NCBI GenBank assembly: GCA_020137815.1
Contig: CM035353.1
Coordinates: 4,154,001 to 4,218,000 of the forward strand
Direction: 5' to 3'
DNA length: 64,000 bases
DNA from: Hormiphora californensis
Lineage: Eukaryota > Animalia > Ctenophora
Numbering within the stretch: position 1 is the stretch's first letter; each line of letters starts with the position of its first letter. The translations under genes were made by a program, and so were the position numbers. A model generated the notes under the pieces. It worked only from the letters and a program-made list of their open reading frames with translations. It searched no databases and had not been told where the DNA came from. Positions 39,428 to 64,000 of this stretch are shown here, in pieces.

Positions 39428-41008
39428 ATGAATTTAACGGTTTTCACTCTACTACTATACGTCTTCTTCCGAGATTTCCGACCATCTGAGCCCTATCTGA
39501 CTCAATATTTGAGGGACTATAAAAATCTGACAAAGAATGAGGTAAACAATCAGGTCTATCCTGTTTGGAGTTATTCTCAATTGCCCTTTCTTGTTCTCGT
39601 CCTAGCAACGACTGATACTCTCCGGTTTCGACCGCTAATTTGGCTTGGAGCATCTCGGTTATGTGGCTACATGGGCACTACTTGTTTTTGGAAAAGGAGT
39701 CGAAATGATGCAGATGATGCAGGTGACATACGCCCTAGGAACTGCATGTGAGATTGCCTTACAAGTCGTACGTGTTTGTAGCAGTACCAAAAGAGCTGTA
39801 CTCAAGCACGAGTTTCTATCTGGCAGCAGCAACCTTGTTAGGACGGTCTCTGTCCTCCTTCACATCAGCCATCTTGGTAGACTACTCTGTGCCTCTTCTC
39901 ACCCTCAATTGGATCAGTTTGGGGAGTGTGGTTATAGCATTGGCTGTGAGCCTTCTAATCCCAGCCCCAGAATTCCTGTTCGCTCCACCAATCCATACCT
40001 CAGAGGAGGTAAACACCTGCAGCCGGATCGTTAAGGAGAAGTTATTCACTTTAAAACAAAACGCTTTCCTATCCTACAAAGTCGGGACAGACAAGACGCT
40101 GGACCTATTGGGCTGTAACTGCCTTCACCCTTTATTTCATGGTAAGTTACAATTGGTAACTGATCCCAGTAGATTATTGTTATTTTAACGAGCTATTATA
40201 CCAGGTATAACAACGACTTAGTTTTACACTCGTCCCGTTTTAGGTTGGTAATACTTCCCAGTCATTTTGGAAGGAGATAGAACCTCGGAGGACTGATTTT
40301 AAACGGCTAAATGGATATGTCATTGGGGCTCACGCACTTCTGGGGTCCTTCACATCTGGAATTTTAACAAGGTACTATTTGAAGAAAAGAACAAATCACG
40401 TAACTTAGTTATATAAGTAAGTTTACACAGGATTTATACAGGTTTGCAATGGCTAGAAAACTAAATATTGAACAGTATATAATGCATTTGATAATCAACC
40501 TTATTCTCAGTTATGTAACTGAAGCAATTTCAGATACTCCAGGCGATTGGAGGGGGCTACAGGTTCCCTGATGTGTCTCCTAATCCTGGCTATGTCTCTA
40601 ACTACCCTCCTCCCGACCCTATTTCCACACCTCTACCTTGCCTATATCTGTGATATTGTCTTCAATGTCCTGGTGTCATGTACCACAACGATTGCAACCT
40701 TCAAGATCGCCCATTCTCTAACCACCAATTTGTTTGGGTTTGTGGTTGGGATCAATAGTTGCGTGGCGAGTGTTCTTGATCTACTCATATCACTGATTGT
40801 AGTTGAGCAGTCGGTACTGGGGCTAGGTCCCACAATGCAATACAGGGTATATGCTGCAATGGGGGCTTCAAGTGTCGTCGGGTATCTGATATACAGGGCA
40901 TATCGTGTCATTTACAAGTGCAACAACCCGGCCACGAGCTTCACTAGCTTTTTCAACGAGTCTGTAATAGAAGAACCGCAGACTGACGATGTTTTGATTA
41001 ACGCTTGA
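39428..41008 (+). CDS. SLC19A: SLC19 family thiamine/reduced-folate transporter (about 3 exons, several small frameshifts)
   Basis: FFRDFRPSEPYLTQYL, VYPVWSYSQL, TDTLRFRPLI, NGYV, IATFKIAHSL, FGFVVGINS. Paralogue not resolved. Confidence 0.88.
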
Positions 41009-41179
41009 TTCATATATCTATTTTGCTATTAAAATTGTTTTGATTTTGGTTTTTTGATTTTCATGTTTTTAATGTTTGATAATTTGACTTCTGGTATTAT
41101 TGCCGTTTTTCTTTAGATCCACGATTAGTGATTACTTTTTTCAGTTAACTTGAATATCATATTCACATCTTCTATAGCA

Positions 41180-42346
41180 ATGCCTGAGATCGATTGGGAA
41201 GCACTGATGGAGAATGGAGGTGAACCTCCTTCCCCTCGTATAGCCACCCCGCTCTCTGGACTACGGACTCTTGATTCAGATATATCCTCTAGTGCTACTT
41301 CAAACCGCAGGAAAAATAGCGGAGTGTCTACAGAAGATGTGGAGAGTGAAGAAGATAGGTCCTTCATGAATATCCAATCAGTCAATGACTTGCTAGGGTC
41401 AGTACACGATCTTGACTCCCCTGACTCCCCTCACCGGGCCAGATCTGCCGTCAGCCTGAAAAGCAACGTAACCTTTGACGAGAGTGAACCGGAGGTGTTC
41501 AACTTTGTGGATGAGTTCAATTTGTTGTCCGTGGGAGAGTTATCCGCTCCTGAGGAGGACTACAGTGAGGTGTCACGTGATCAGACCCGTCCAATTAGTG
41601 CTGCATACACTGAGGATTTTGAGGAGGAGGAGGAAGAGATATCAGAGGATATCAGGTCGAAAAGTGATGGATGGAAGGCCGTTAGGGACAAAGTGCTGAA
41701 TAAAGGGAGGAGTATACCAGTTTTCATGGTTGCCCCCAAGAAGAAGAAACTCAACCGGGATATTTCGTTCAACAGATCCCTTGATCAGTCTGAGTTATCC
41801 CAGTTGTTGTCAAGAAAGAATTCGATTGCCGAGTCTATCAACTCATCCCGCACCTCAGCAAAGACCTCATCACGCAACAAAACCTCGGTGTCATCTCGTA
41901 CCTCGGTTAGCAAAACCTCAGTCAGTAAAAGCAGTAAAACAAGCAGTAGTGGAGGATATACCTCGGATACGACTACAGTCTCCACTTCCCACACAGCGGT
42001 ATCAAAAGTAAAGTTCACTAAGCCGTGTTGTCAGTGCCAGTGCAAGAAGCAGAAAGTCAACCTGAACTTCCAACCCACACCCCTCCTAGGTGGAGGGGTC
42101 ACTCTTGATAGTAAGACACTAGCAGATCTCTCCGCGATGACACCAGACAGGGTAGCGCTATTAAACATTATGAAGTCTCAGTTCGAGTTAACAAGAGGCC
42201 TGCTAGAGATCACCAATGGGGTTCTGAGGAGTGAGATTGAGGGGACAGTGCCGGACAAGAAGTATACGACACTGGAGAACACTAAACTGTACATCAAGGA
42301 AAACCAACCATATACGAAACCAAGAAAGAAGAGGGGGAAGATTTAA
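41180..42346 (+). CDS. C19orf44: C19orf44-like protein (C-terminal DUF4614), single exon
   Basis: Ser/Glu-rich body with YTEDFE; C-terminal LSAMTPDRVALLNIMKSQFELTRG...YTTLENTKLYIK resembles DUF4614. Confidence 0.72.
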   Translation: MPEIDWEALMENGGEPPSPRIATPLSGLRTLDSDISSSATSNRRKNSGVSTEDVESEEDRSFMNIQSVNDLLGSVHDLDSPDSPHRARSAVSLKSNVTFDESEPEVFNFVDEFNLLSVGELSAPEEDYSEVSRDQTRPISAAYTEDFEEEEEEISEDIRSKSDGWKAVRDKVLNKGRSIPVFMVAPKKKKLNRDISFNRSLDQSELSQLLSRKNSIAESINSSRTSAKTSSRNKTSVSSRTSVSKTSVSKSSKTSSSGGYTSDTTTVSTSHTAVSKVKFTKPCCQCQCKKQKVNLNFQPTPLLGGGVTLDSKTLADLSAMTPDRVALLNIMKSQFELTRGLLEITNGVLRSEIEGTVPDKKYTTLENTKLYIKENQPYTKPRKKRGKI

Positions 42347-42488
42347 TTGTTATTATTGACGTATTATTATTGTGAATGTATGTACATATTTTAATCTGAC
42401 CAACCGTCTTTTACAAAGTTCTGTTTCCACCTTGTAGTTTTAAATTTTTGCGATATATATCTCACGCCTTACCTAATTAGGACTAGCC

Positions 42489-44411
42489 ATGGCGCCGGCG
42501 TATAAACAGAGGTACTATACTCCGGGAGAGGTGGCCCAGCATAGCTCGAGTAAGGATCTATGGGTCTCGTTCCTGGGGAAAGTATACGATCTTACACCCC
42601 TACTGGATAAGAATGCTGGCAATATCTTATTGAAACCAATCCAAAATGCTGGAGGAAAGGATATTTCCCACTGGTTCAATGCTAATGCTGATAGTGTAAG
42701 TTAACTTGAACTCTCCAACCCCCTTTACCTGTGATATTCTCACTCATTATATGTCGGTATTTAGTTGTTTTCTTCATTTGTTCTAGTCATTTCCTCATTC
42801 ACACCTCACACCTCACACCTCACTATTCACACCTCACCAGTCAACTCACCCTCCATACCTCACACCTCACAGGTTATCGTTGCAGAGGCCAAATCACAAG
42901 ACAGCCTACAATCACAAGACACTCAGGTCCACTGTTTAACAAATCACATTTCATTTTCTATCTTAGATCATCATAGATTAATAATAAACAATCTAAATTC
43001 TAAATTCTAAATTCGAGGCTGATAAACAGTTATTCGATCATTCAACTATCTAATAATTGTTAACTCCCCTAATGTTCAGAAAACCGATTTTGACCCGAAA
43101 GTGCGGACTCACATTGATAGGAAAACAGGATGTGAGGTGCCCCACACCCCTCAAGGCCGCTTTATTCACATTCCCCCTGCCTACCCTAGTGCCACATGGG
43201 CCAACGACTTCGGTACTCCCTGGTGGAAAGGTCAGTAGATTGGGGCACACGGGGTTTAGTTGTCATCGAGCTGCAAACACCCGGGGTTTAGTATCGTGCT
43301 GCAAACACCCGGGGTTTAGTACCGAGCTGCAAACACCCGGGGTTTAGTATCCTGATGCAAACACCCGGGGTTTAGTATCGTGCTGCAAACACCCGGGGTT
43401 TAGTATCGTGCTGCAAACACCCGGGGTTGAGTATGGAGCTTCAAACACCCAGTGGGTATTACCCAAACCCGGATATATATCGACCTCCTATTTTATGGTT
43501 GGTTTGAATATTGTAGGGCTGCAGGGTTGTGCAGGGTTGTGCAGTACAGAGCAATAATTTGGGTACTAGATAGTGGTGACGACAGTATTTTATCGTGTAT
43601 AATAATACCCAAGCACGAGTGTGACATATACCCCCCAGATGAGTCATATTGCATTGGGCACCTCAGTACCAAGACAAGGAAGATAAGGATTATCAACACA
43701 TTGACCTCACAAGAACATACCATCGAGGTAATTAGCCACATTTGGGGTTGTTTTAATTTGGAGTTGTTTTATTTTTATGTCTGCTGCTAGGACCAGACTA
43801 CCGCTATATTGTGAATGATTAAATAACAAGAAAAGGCCGGTTTGGATAAATACTGGTTGAGATAACAGCTCAGTAACTCCACCCTCGTATTGAACCTAGG
43901 TTGTAGTCACGTACAATAGAACGTGACCGTCCTAGTACCTACGTCACATGATACTGACAGTCACATGGTACACGATTACACCTACCGATATATCTTATAT
44001 TTGTATGTTTTATTATAATACTGTGCAGGTGTGTGGAGAGGAAACTCTAGAAGAAATTCTAAACCGGTTTTATAAGTACAACAAGCATGCTGCTAGCTAC
44101 ACCTGGAAGTATAATGGTAAGTTAAATCAATTCACTGCTTTCAATGGTTGTTGAAGTTGTTCCACTTCGGATATCACATACTTCCATACCTCATGACGCT
44201 CTTGATTTTGTAGGTTGCAATTGTATACCTCTCCTCTAATTAAAGCTCCTCCCATCTCTCTCTTCTAGGTGCCAATCTTGAGATGACCAAATCGTTGGAG
44301 CAGAATGGAGTGAAGGATGAGGATGAAGAGTTTTATGAGCTGAATTTTAACGAAGAAGACTGGCTACCTGCCATTCACATCTACTTTAACGATGACCTCA
44401 CTGAGGCGTGA
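42489..44411 (+). CDS. CYB5D1: Cytochrome b5 domain-containing protein 1 (exons 42489-42695, 43080-43230, 43639-43727, 44029-44116, 44269-44411)
   Basis: [88 protein letters not shown]; phases consistent. Confidence 0.93.
43246..43452. repeat. About 29-bp intronic tandem repeat
   Basis: TGCAAACACCCGGGGTTTAGTATCGTGC units, about 7 copies. Confidence 0.9.
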
Positions 44412-44658
44412 GTTGTGTAGTGGACTATTACAGGGATTTGTGAAACAGAAGAGAGAGAGATAATGTAAATAATAAATTGTATAGTTTTGTGCGATTCATG
44501 CAAATTTTTACACGCTACTCGCTTCATCTTTTCTCTGCCCACAACCTCTATCATGATAAGAGATCCGACCAATATCAGTTCCTTCCATTTCTAGCGAGGG
44601 AGATAATACATACTCCACCCGACTCCACCAAGTATAATAATTTCCTTTCCCGAATCTA

Positions 44659-44763
44659 CAGGGTGGTTCAGAAACATGGAGCCACTTTGAGATAACTAAA
44701 GAGAGAGGATTGTATTTTTCCTATTCTTATCTCCAAGTGGCTCCATGTTTCTGAACCACCCTG
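44659..44763. mobile_element. Tc1/mariner-type MITE
   Basis: TIR CAGGGTGGTTCAGAAACATGGAGCCACTT; TA on both sides. Confidence 0.88.
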
Positions 44764-44882
44764 TAGACATATGGCAGTTCTGTAAGTGTTCTCCTTGCTC
44801 TATCTAAACTTTAGAGATGTTACAATATATCCCCATTTACTAATAGTTACCATGATGTATTTCCCCTCTAGACTCTAGCGAC

Positions 44883-46376
44883 ATGTTATTCGAGGAGGAC
44901 AATGTTAAAAAGGGTGTTCCAATAAGTTTTGGAACGACCCAAGACAGGAAGCTCTTCCCCCACCACTGTGCTTTTAATAGGCTGGGCAACCTCGATGGGA
45001 TACGAGGAGATCCCCATCTTGGACCCGACAAATACAATGTCGATAAGGTAATATCGGGACTTTGGGGATCTGATCAGAAATGGGGTGTTGCTCCCCTAAA
45101 TTCAATCTTAACCTCCCTCTCCCCATATAGGTAAACAGTATCGATTGCAATATTAAAACTAAGCCAACCAATAAACTGGGTTACTCTCTGGGTGCACGAA
45201 CTGCTAACCGGTTCCCAAACCTCAAATGTGTAAGTTGTGACATACATAAAACAGTTAGTTCCAAGAATCCTTTTTAAAAACTTCTTGGCATGTTTCCCAA
45301 AACCCCTCTCTTTCTTTACAGAAAAACGGCTATTTTGCCCACGATCTAAGCCGAGATTTGGAACTTACTTTCCCAGGACCTACATCCTATCAAAAGGAGG
45401 AAAAGAAGATTGTGTCCCTGAACAAAGAGCCCTTTAACAACAGTGCCGGAAGGTTCCCCGCTGAGAGCAAAGCCACCATGTATCTCCCTGCGTAAGTCCC
45501 GTGTGTTGACTGACTATAGATGAGTGTAAGATTTGTGGGCCAGTGTGCCACAAATGGCATAAGCGTGTATTAGCTGTAACGCGCCGCGACTTGTCCATGT
45601 TTCTATTGTTGGTCAGGTGCGCGGTCACCATAGCCACTGTTGTGCCGCGCACTGAACCTGCCCTTTGAAATCGGAGTTCTAAATTTGGACCGATCCATAT
45701 CCCGATCCGCCGTTATCCTAACATTCTCCGATCCCAGGCCAGGAACGTACGAACACGATGTGCAACGCTTTAGACGAGTCGAGTTTGCCGGGTCGTTCGG
45801 AGGGAAGCAGAGGCTGAAGGAGACGATAACTGTAAAATGTGTGAATAATAATGATGATGTTGTAAGTGCCTGTGCATTATTAGTGGTTAGTAACCACTGG
45901 TTATCATTTCATTTGTGTGCTATTAACAATATGGTAACAGTATATCTCCCTTTCAGTGCGATTCATGTAATCGGCCGCCAATTGGAGATTACTTTGTTTA
46001 CAAGAATAAGGCACTGTGTAGGAATTGTCATTCCTTCCACTCTGTCTACGGAGAGAAGTACCCTCCCTCGTGAGTAGAAAATAGGGCACCTATAACTAGG
46101 GGTCCGGCATCTTATAATCAATCAAATGTACGTCTAGGTTGCACCATGATACCTACACACATAATTGCCAGTATAGAATGGCTAGATATTGTGTGTGATT
46201 TGACCCTCACTTTTCTCTCTCTCTATGACAGGTACCTCCAAGCGTTCAGCAAAGTTAGGGATTGTTCAGAAATACATTTCCACGAGGGAACGAGCGCTAA
46301 AATCAAACTGAAGGACCCCAAACTGGAGACAAAACAGAGATATCGAGAAGCTTACTTTGCTCAGTATTTCCACTAA
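44883..46376 (+). CDS. PIFO: Pitchfork / ciliary microtubule-associated protein 3-like, about 6 exons
   Basis: ISFGTTQDRKLFPHH..NRLGN..RGDPHLGP, GYSLGARTANRF, PGTYEH, FAGSFGG, C-terminal REAYFAQYFH*. Confidence 0.72.
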
Positions 46377-46646
46377 TTTCCACTAAGAGGAAGTTTATCT
46401 GAGAGCAAGGACTCAGTGAGAGAAATATTTATTTAGAGAGAGAGAGAGAGCTGCCAAAACACAATATCAGCTTTAGATGTGCTTAAAATGTGTTAACGAT
46501 TTTACCCAATTAAATTTTTCCAGAAACCCCAATAATAGTTGTTTGAACACGGCCGCTAGCTGCTACAACTTGCCAATGTTGTAGCAGCCAGCTAGTTATT
46601 AAACGAATTTATTTTCATATCAGCAAATAAAATATAAATTAACATA

Positions 46647-47093
46647 GGGGGGAGACACACTGAAGTTGGGCGCGCTCGTTCAAATCTCAACCTCGCGACA
46701 CACACTGAAGTTCAAAGTTCGAAGTTTCGCGAAAACCCATTTTCGGCTGAGAAATCATTTGTAAGAGGCTAACTTATTTACTGGTACATCTCTCGAGGTT
46801 TCCTTTATCCATACTGAGTCAATTTCACCGTTTTTGAAATTTTTGGCTAATCCGGTCACAGTTGTCCCAATTCACCAAAAATTTTAAAAACGGTGAAATT
46901 GACCCGGTATTGATAAAGGACACCTCGAGAGATATACCAGTAAATAATTTAAATCTTACAAATGATTTCTCAGCCGAAAATGGATTTTCTCGAAACTTCG
47001 AACTTTTTCGCGAAACTTCGAACTTCGAACTTCAGTGTGTGTCGCGAGGTTGAGAGTTGAACGCGCGCGACCAACTTCAGTGTGTCTCCCCCC
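46647..47093. mobile_element. About 450-bp foldback MITE with GGGGGG...CCCCCC termini
   Basis: Imperfect palindrome centred near 46865 with repeated ACACACTGAAGTT motifs; no clear TSD. Confidence 0.8.
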
Positions 47094-47462
47094 AAATAAA
47101 TTCCCTGTTAGACCCTTTCTCTACGGGTTTGAACGAAACAACAAATATTAAATAGCTCACACACATCAAGCCACGCACTTTCTCAAGTATACCAATACCA
47201 TGTTGACCCTCTCCGACCCCTTACTCAACAACCAATACCATATGGTTTGGGTATTGCAATTTCAAATAACTTCTTTCAAATAACTTCTTTCAAATAACTT
47301 CTTTCAATTACATAATAACTGTTAATGATATAAGTGCGATAGATAAAAACATCGTCTAATAAAGATCAGGTTAAAAATTGTAACTGTAAGTATATATCGC
47401 AGTAAAAACAACCAGGGTAATACAGTTTGGTAAAACGAACCATAAAACCATTACATATCCTG

Positions 47463-47571
47463 CAGGAACCGACCGAATCAGGAAATACTGGTCCCTGATT
47501 GGCTGATAACCAGTCACGTGACCTAAATAACGAGCTCTGATTGGTTGTTTACTTGGTTCGGTCGGTTCCTG
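47463..47571 (+). mobile_element. 109-bp hAT MITE
   Basis: TIRs; 8-bp TSD ATATCCTG. Confidence 0.93.
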
Positions 47572-47598
47572 ATATCCTGTCCCGCGAGAACTGTGGTT

Positions 47599-62222
<14,624 letters not shown>

Positions 62223-62227
62223 CCTAT

Positions 62228-62789
62228 AACAAGAATTATTGCATTATGTATTCATAATGCTGTGTTTCCCTGCCCTACCGTTTCACATGTCAGTGACATT
62301 GTCACTGCCAACAGGATCAAGGCTTGGTCATAATGTAATGTGAGATGCATACGATCTAGCTGTCAGTATACTTCTCACATAGCTTAGAGTTAGCTAACTC
62401 CCAATCACATGATACTTGCTAACCAGCTTTTGACATTCCAACTTAACTACTTATCTAACATCTCACACTCGACTCGCAAGATGAAAATGTGTATGTAACA
62501 CGCGAAACGCGCGGCAGAGCATTTCATGTTTTGTTGAGTGGCGCGCGCACACACGTCCATGAAACTGTGCCAATGAGGTGTTTGATGAAGGAGTAGCTCG
62601 TCACTGTGCGCGCGGCTCTAGTTGCTACACCGTTGCCCTCGCAACGAAAGTGTGACCAAAAAATGTCCCTCTACCGATTAGTTAGTATACCAAAATGTCG
62701 TTTTCGAATTCTAACCCTGCTATGCCTTTTTACAAAGTAAAAAGGCATCCGGGTGAATGCCTTCGGCATTCACCCGGGCAGGGAAAAAA
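62228..62789 (+). mobile_element. Helentron-type non-autonomous element (HINE/DINE-like), copy 1
   Basis: AACAAG start, subterminal IR TTTCCCTGCCC/GGGCAGGGAAA, 3' hairpin CCGGGTGAATGCC-TTC-GGCATTCACCCGG, A-run end. Confidence 0.72.
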
Positions 62790-62993
62790 TCAGCTGTTGT
62801 AAAATGTAAGCACGTATACACGTTAAAACTCTTTAAAATGAGCTCTTATAAGAACCAGACAAATTCTTTAAAATCATGCGAATCATAATGAGTTATACAA
62901 ATCTAAAAAAGAAAGGCTTATCACTTAAACAAATCTAAAAAAGAGAGGCTAAAAAGGAGGGTATAAAAACATGTATCATAACAATTCCCGATT

Positions 62994-63647
62994 AACAAGA
63001 ATTATTGCATTATGTATTCATAATGCGGTGTTTCCCTGCCACAAATGGATTTAAAATTGATGAATAAGCTTCAAAACTGGATTTCCTGACGAATTTTGTG
63101 CTCAAAGAGCATTTTTGGCCGATGCGATGTTGGTTACTAAGGTAACTAGGTAAGTTGCTATGGTAACCAAAGCAGTTGCTATGGTAACCAAAGCAGTTGC
63201 TATGGTAACCAAGACAGTTGCTTTGGCAGCCAAGGCAGTTGCTAAGGAGACCCCAGTTAGTTACCAAGTGCTTCAACTTTAACCGCATCTCAACTCGAGC
63301 CACTAGTGTGACAGTAGTTTCATGCTTGGAAGACGTTCAACCACTTCATAGCATGGCTGTAGGGCGCCCAAAGTGATTTCAGGTGATAGTGGGAAGTGCT
63401 ATCAGCGAGTAATTGCGCGCCACAATGTGTGTAAATCATTTCCTTTGTTGAATCAACGAAGCGTGAGATGAAAGTTTTATGAAGGAGCAGACTTGTTGTT
63501 AGGCGTTGTCCGTGACGGACGGACGGACACTTTTAGTTAACTACACAATCTGCTGATTTCTAAACCCTGAATGATCTTTTTAGCACACGTGCTAAAAAGA
63601 CCATCCGGGTGAATGCCCTTCGGGCATTCACCCGGGCAGGGAAAAAA
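62994..63647 (+). mobile_element. Helentron-type non-autonomous element, copy 2
   Basis: Same ends as copy 1, internal (GACG)n and 21-bp tandem repeats, different middle. Confidence 0.72.
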
Positions 63648-63740
63648 TACAACATTCCTGTATAGTAGGCCTAACTTGCCTAGCTCGAACCTAAAAGAGG
63701 GTTAGAACATAATAAGGCCTGTCAGAGACAGCTCGTTAAA

Positions 63741-64000
63741 TTAGAGAGTGTCTCTCATTTTGATACCGAATACACCACCAATCCTCTTCTCCCACTCGCC
63801 ATCCAGCTCCCTGCTATGCTCCTCCTTTAGTTCCTCCCTCCAACTACCCACCTTACCCTTCCGGATAAACTTGCTGCCCACCGCCTTTACACTACCGTCT
63901 CGCCAGTTGTAGTTTACCTTAGGGTTCGCTGCCATACTGGAGAACATGCTGCTGGAGGTTATACGGGATATCTTATCAGCAGAACAGTCTAGCCCCAGGA
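63741..64000 (-). CDS. SULT: Cytosolic sulfotransferase, C-terminal part (truncated by window end)
   Basis: PAPS-binding motif FIRKGKVGSW; frame open to the window edge. Confidence 0.85.
   Translation of the reverse strand, partial: LGLDCSADKISRITSSSMFSSMAANPKVNYNWRDGSVKAVGSKFIRKGKVGSWREELKEEHSRELDGEWEKRIGGVFGIKMRDTL

Noticed and set aside
27290-39770. Programmed frameshifting or pseudogenisation suggested by frameshifts in PANK4, LRRIQ1-like and SLC19A
   Set aside because: They are single-base indels, often in short homopolymers (e.g. CAGAAAG and CCACCC within the 15-bp repeat), spread over several otherwise intact genes. Assembly error is simplest; raw reads would settle it.

Overview
Eukaryotic, intron-rich, repeat-rich animal DNA. 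Gene content and repeat style suggest a ctenophore (comb jelly); this is inference only. Protein-coding genes in order: the 3' end of an Eph-type receptor tyrosine kinase (+) whose SAM domain is split by a 5.85-kb intron holding an antisense, intronless LDLa-repeat/LGR-type GPCR; HIPK (+); an LRRIQ1-like gene (-) with an intronless, apparently catalytically intact PANK4 nested on the same strand in one intron; a fragment of a lineage-specific secreted-domain gene; a tightly packed same-strand cluster SLC19A, C19orf44, CYB5D1, PIFO/CIMAP3 (+); TMEM260 (-), whose introns carry a 4.1-kb concentric inverted-repeat element and a nested antisense gene; and the 3' end of a cytosolic sulfotransferase (-). 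Mobile DNA includes a hAT family (109-bp MITE and 1.35-kb element, 8-bp TSDs), a Chapaev-like foldback with its empty site visible in the window, Helentron-like elements, CR1-group LINE pieces and an RLE (R4/Dong-like) retroelement in (GA)n. Best leads: (1) unpaired splice acceptors just before most start codons, a candidate operon and a same-strand nested gene, together suggesting SL trans-splicing that could release mRNAs from polycistronic or intronic RNA; (2) tandem repeats that multiply splice junctions and CArG boxes inside introns; (3) a possibly (GA)n-targeting retroelement. Several single-base frameshifts in conserved genes look like assembly indel errors. Gene names come from my recall of family motifs, not from database searches.
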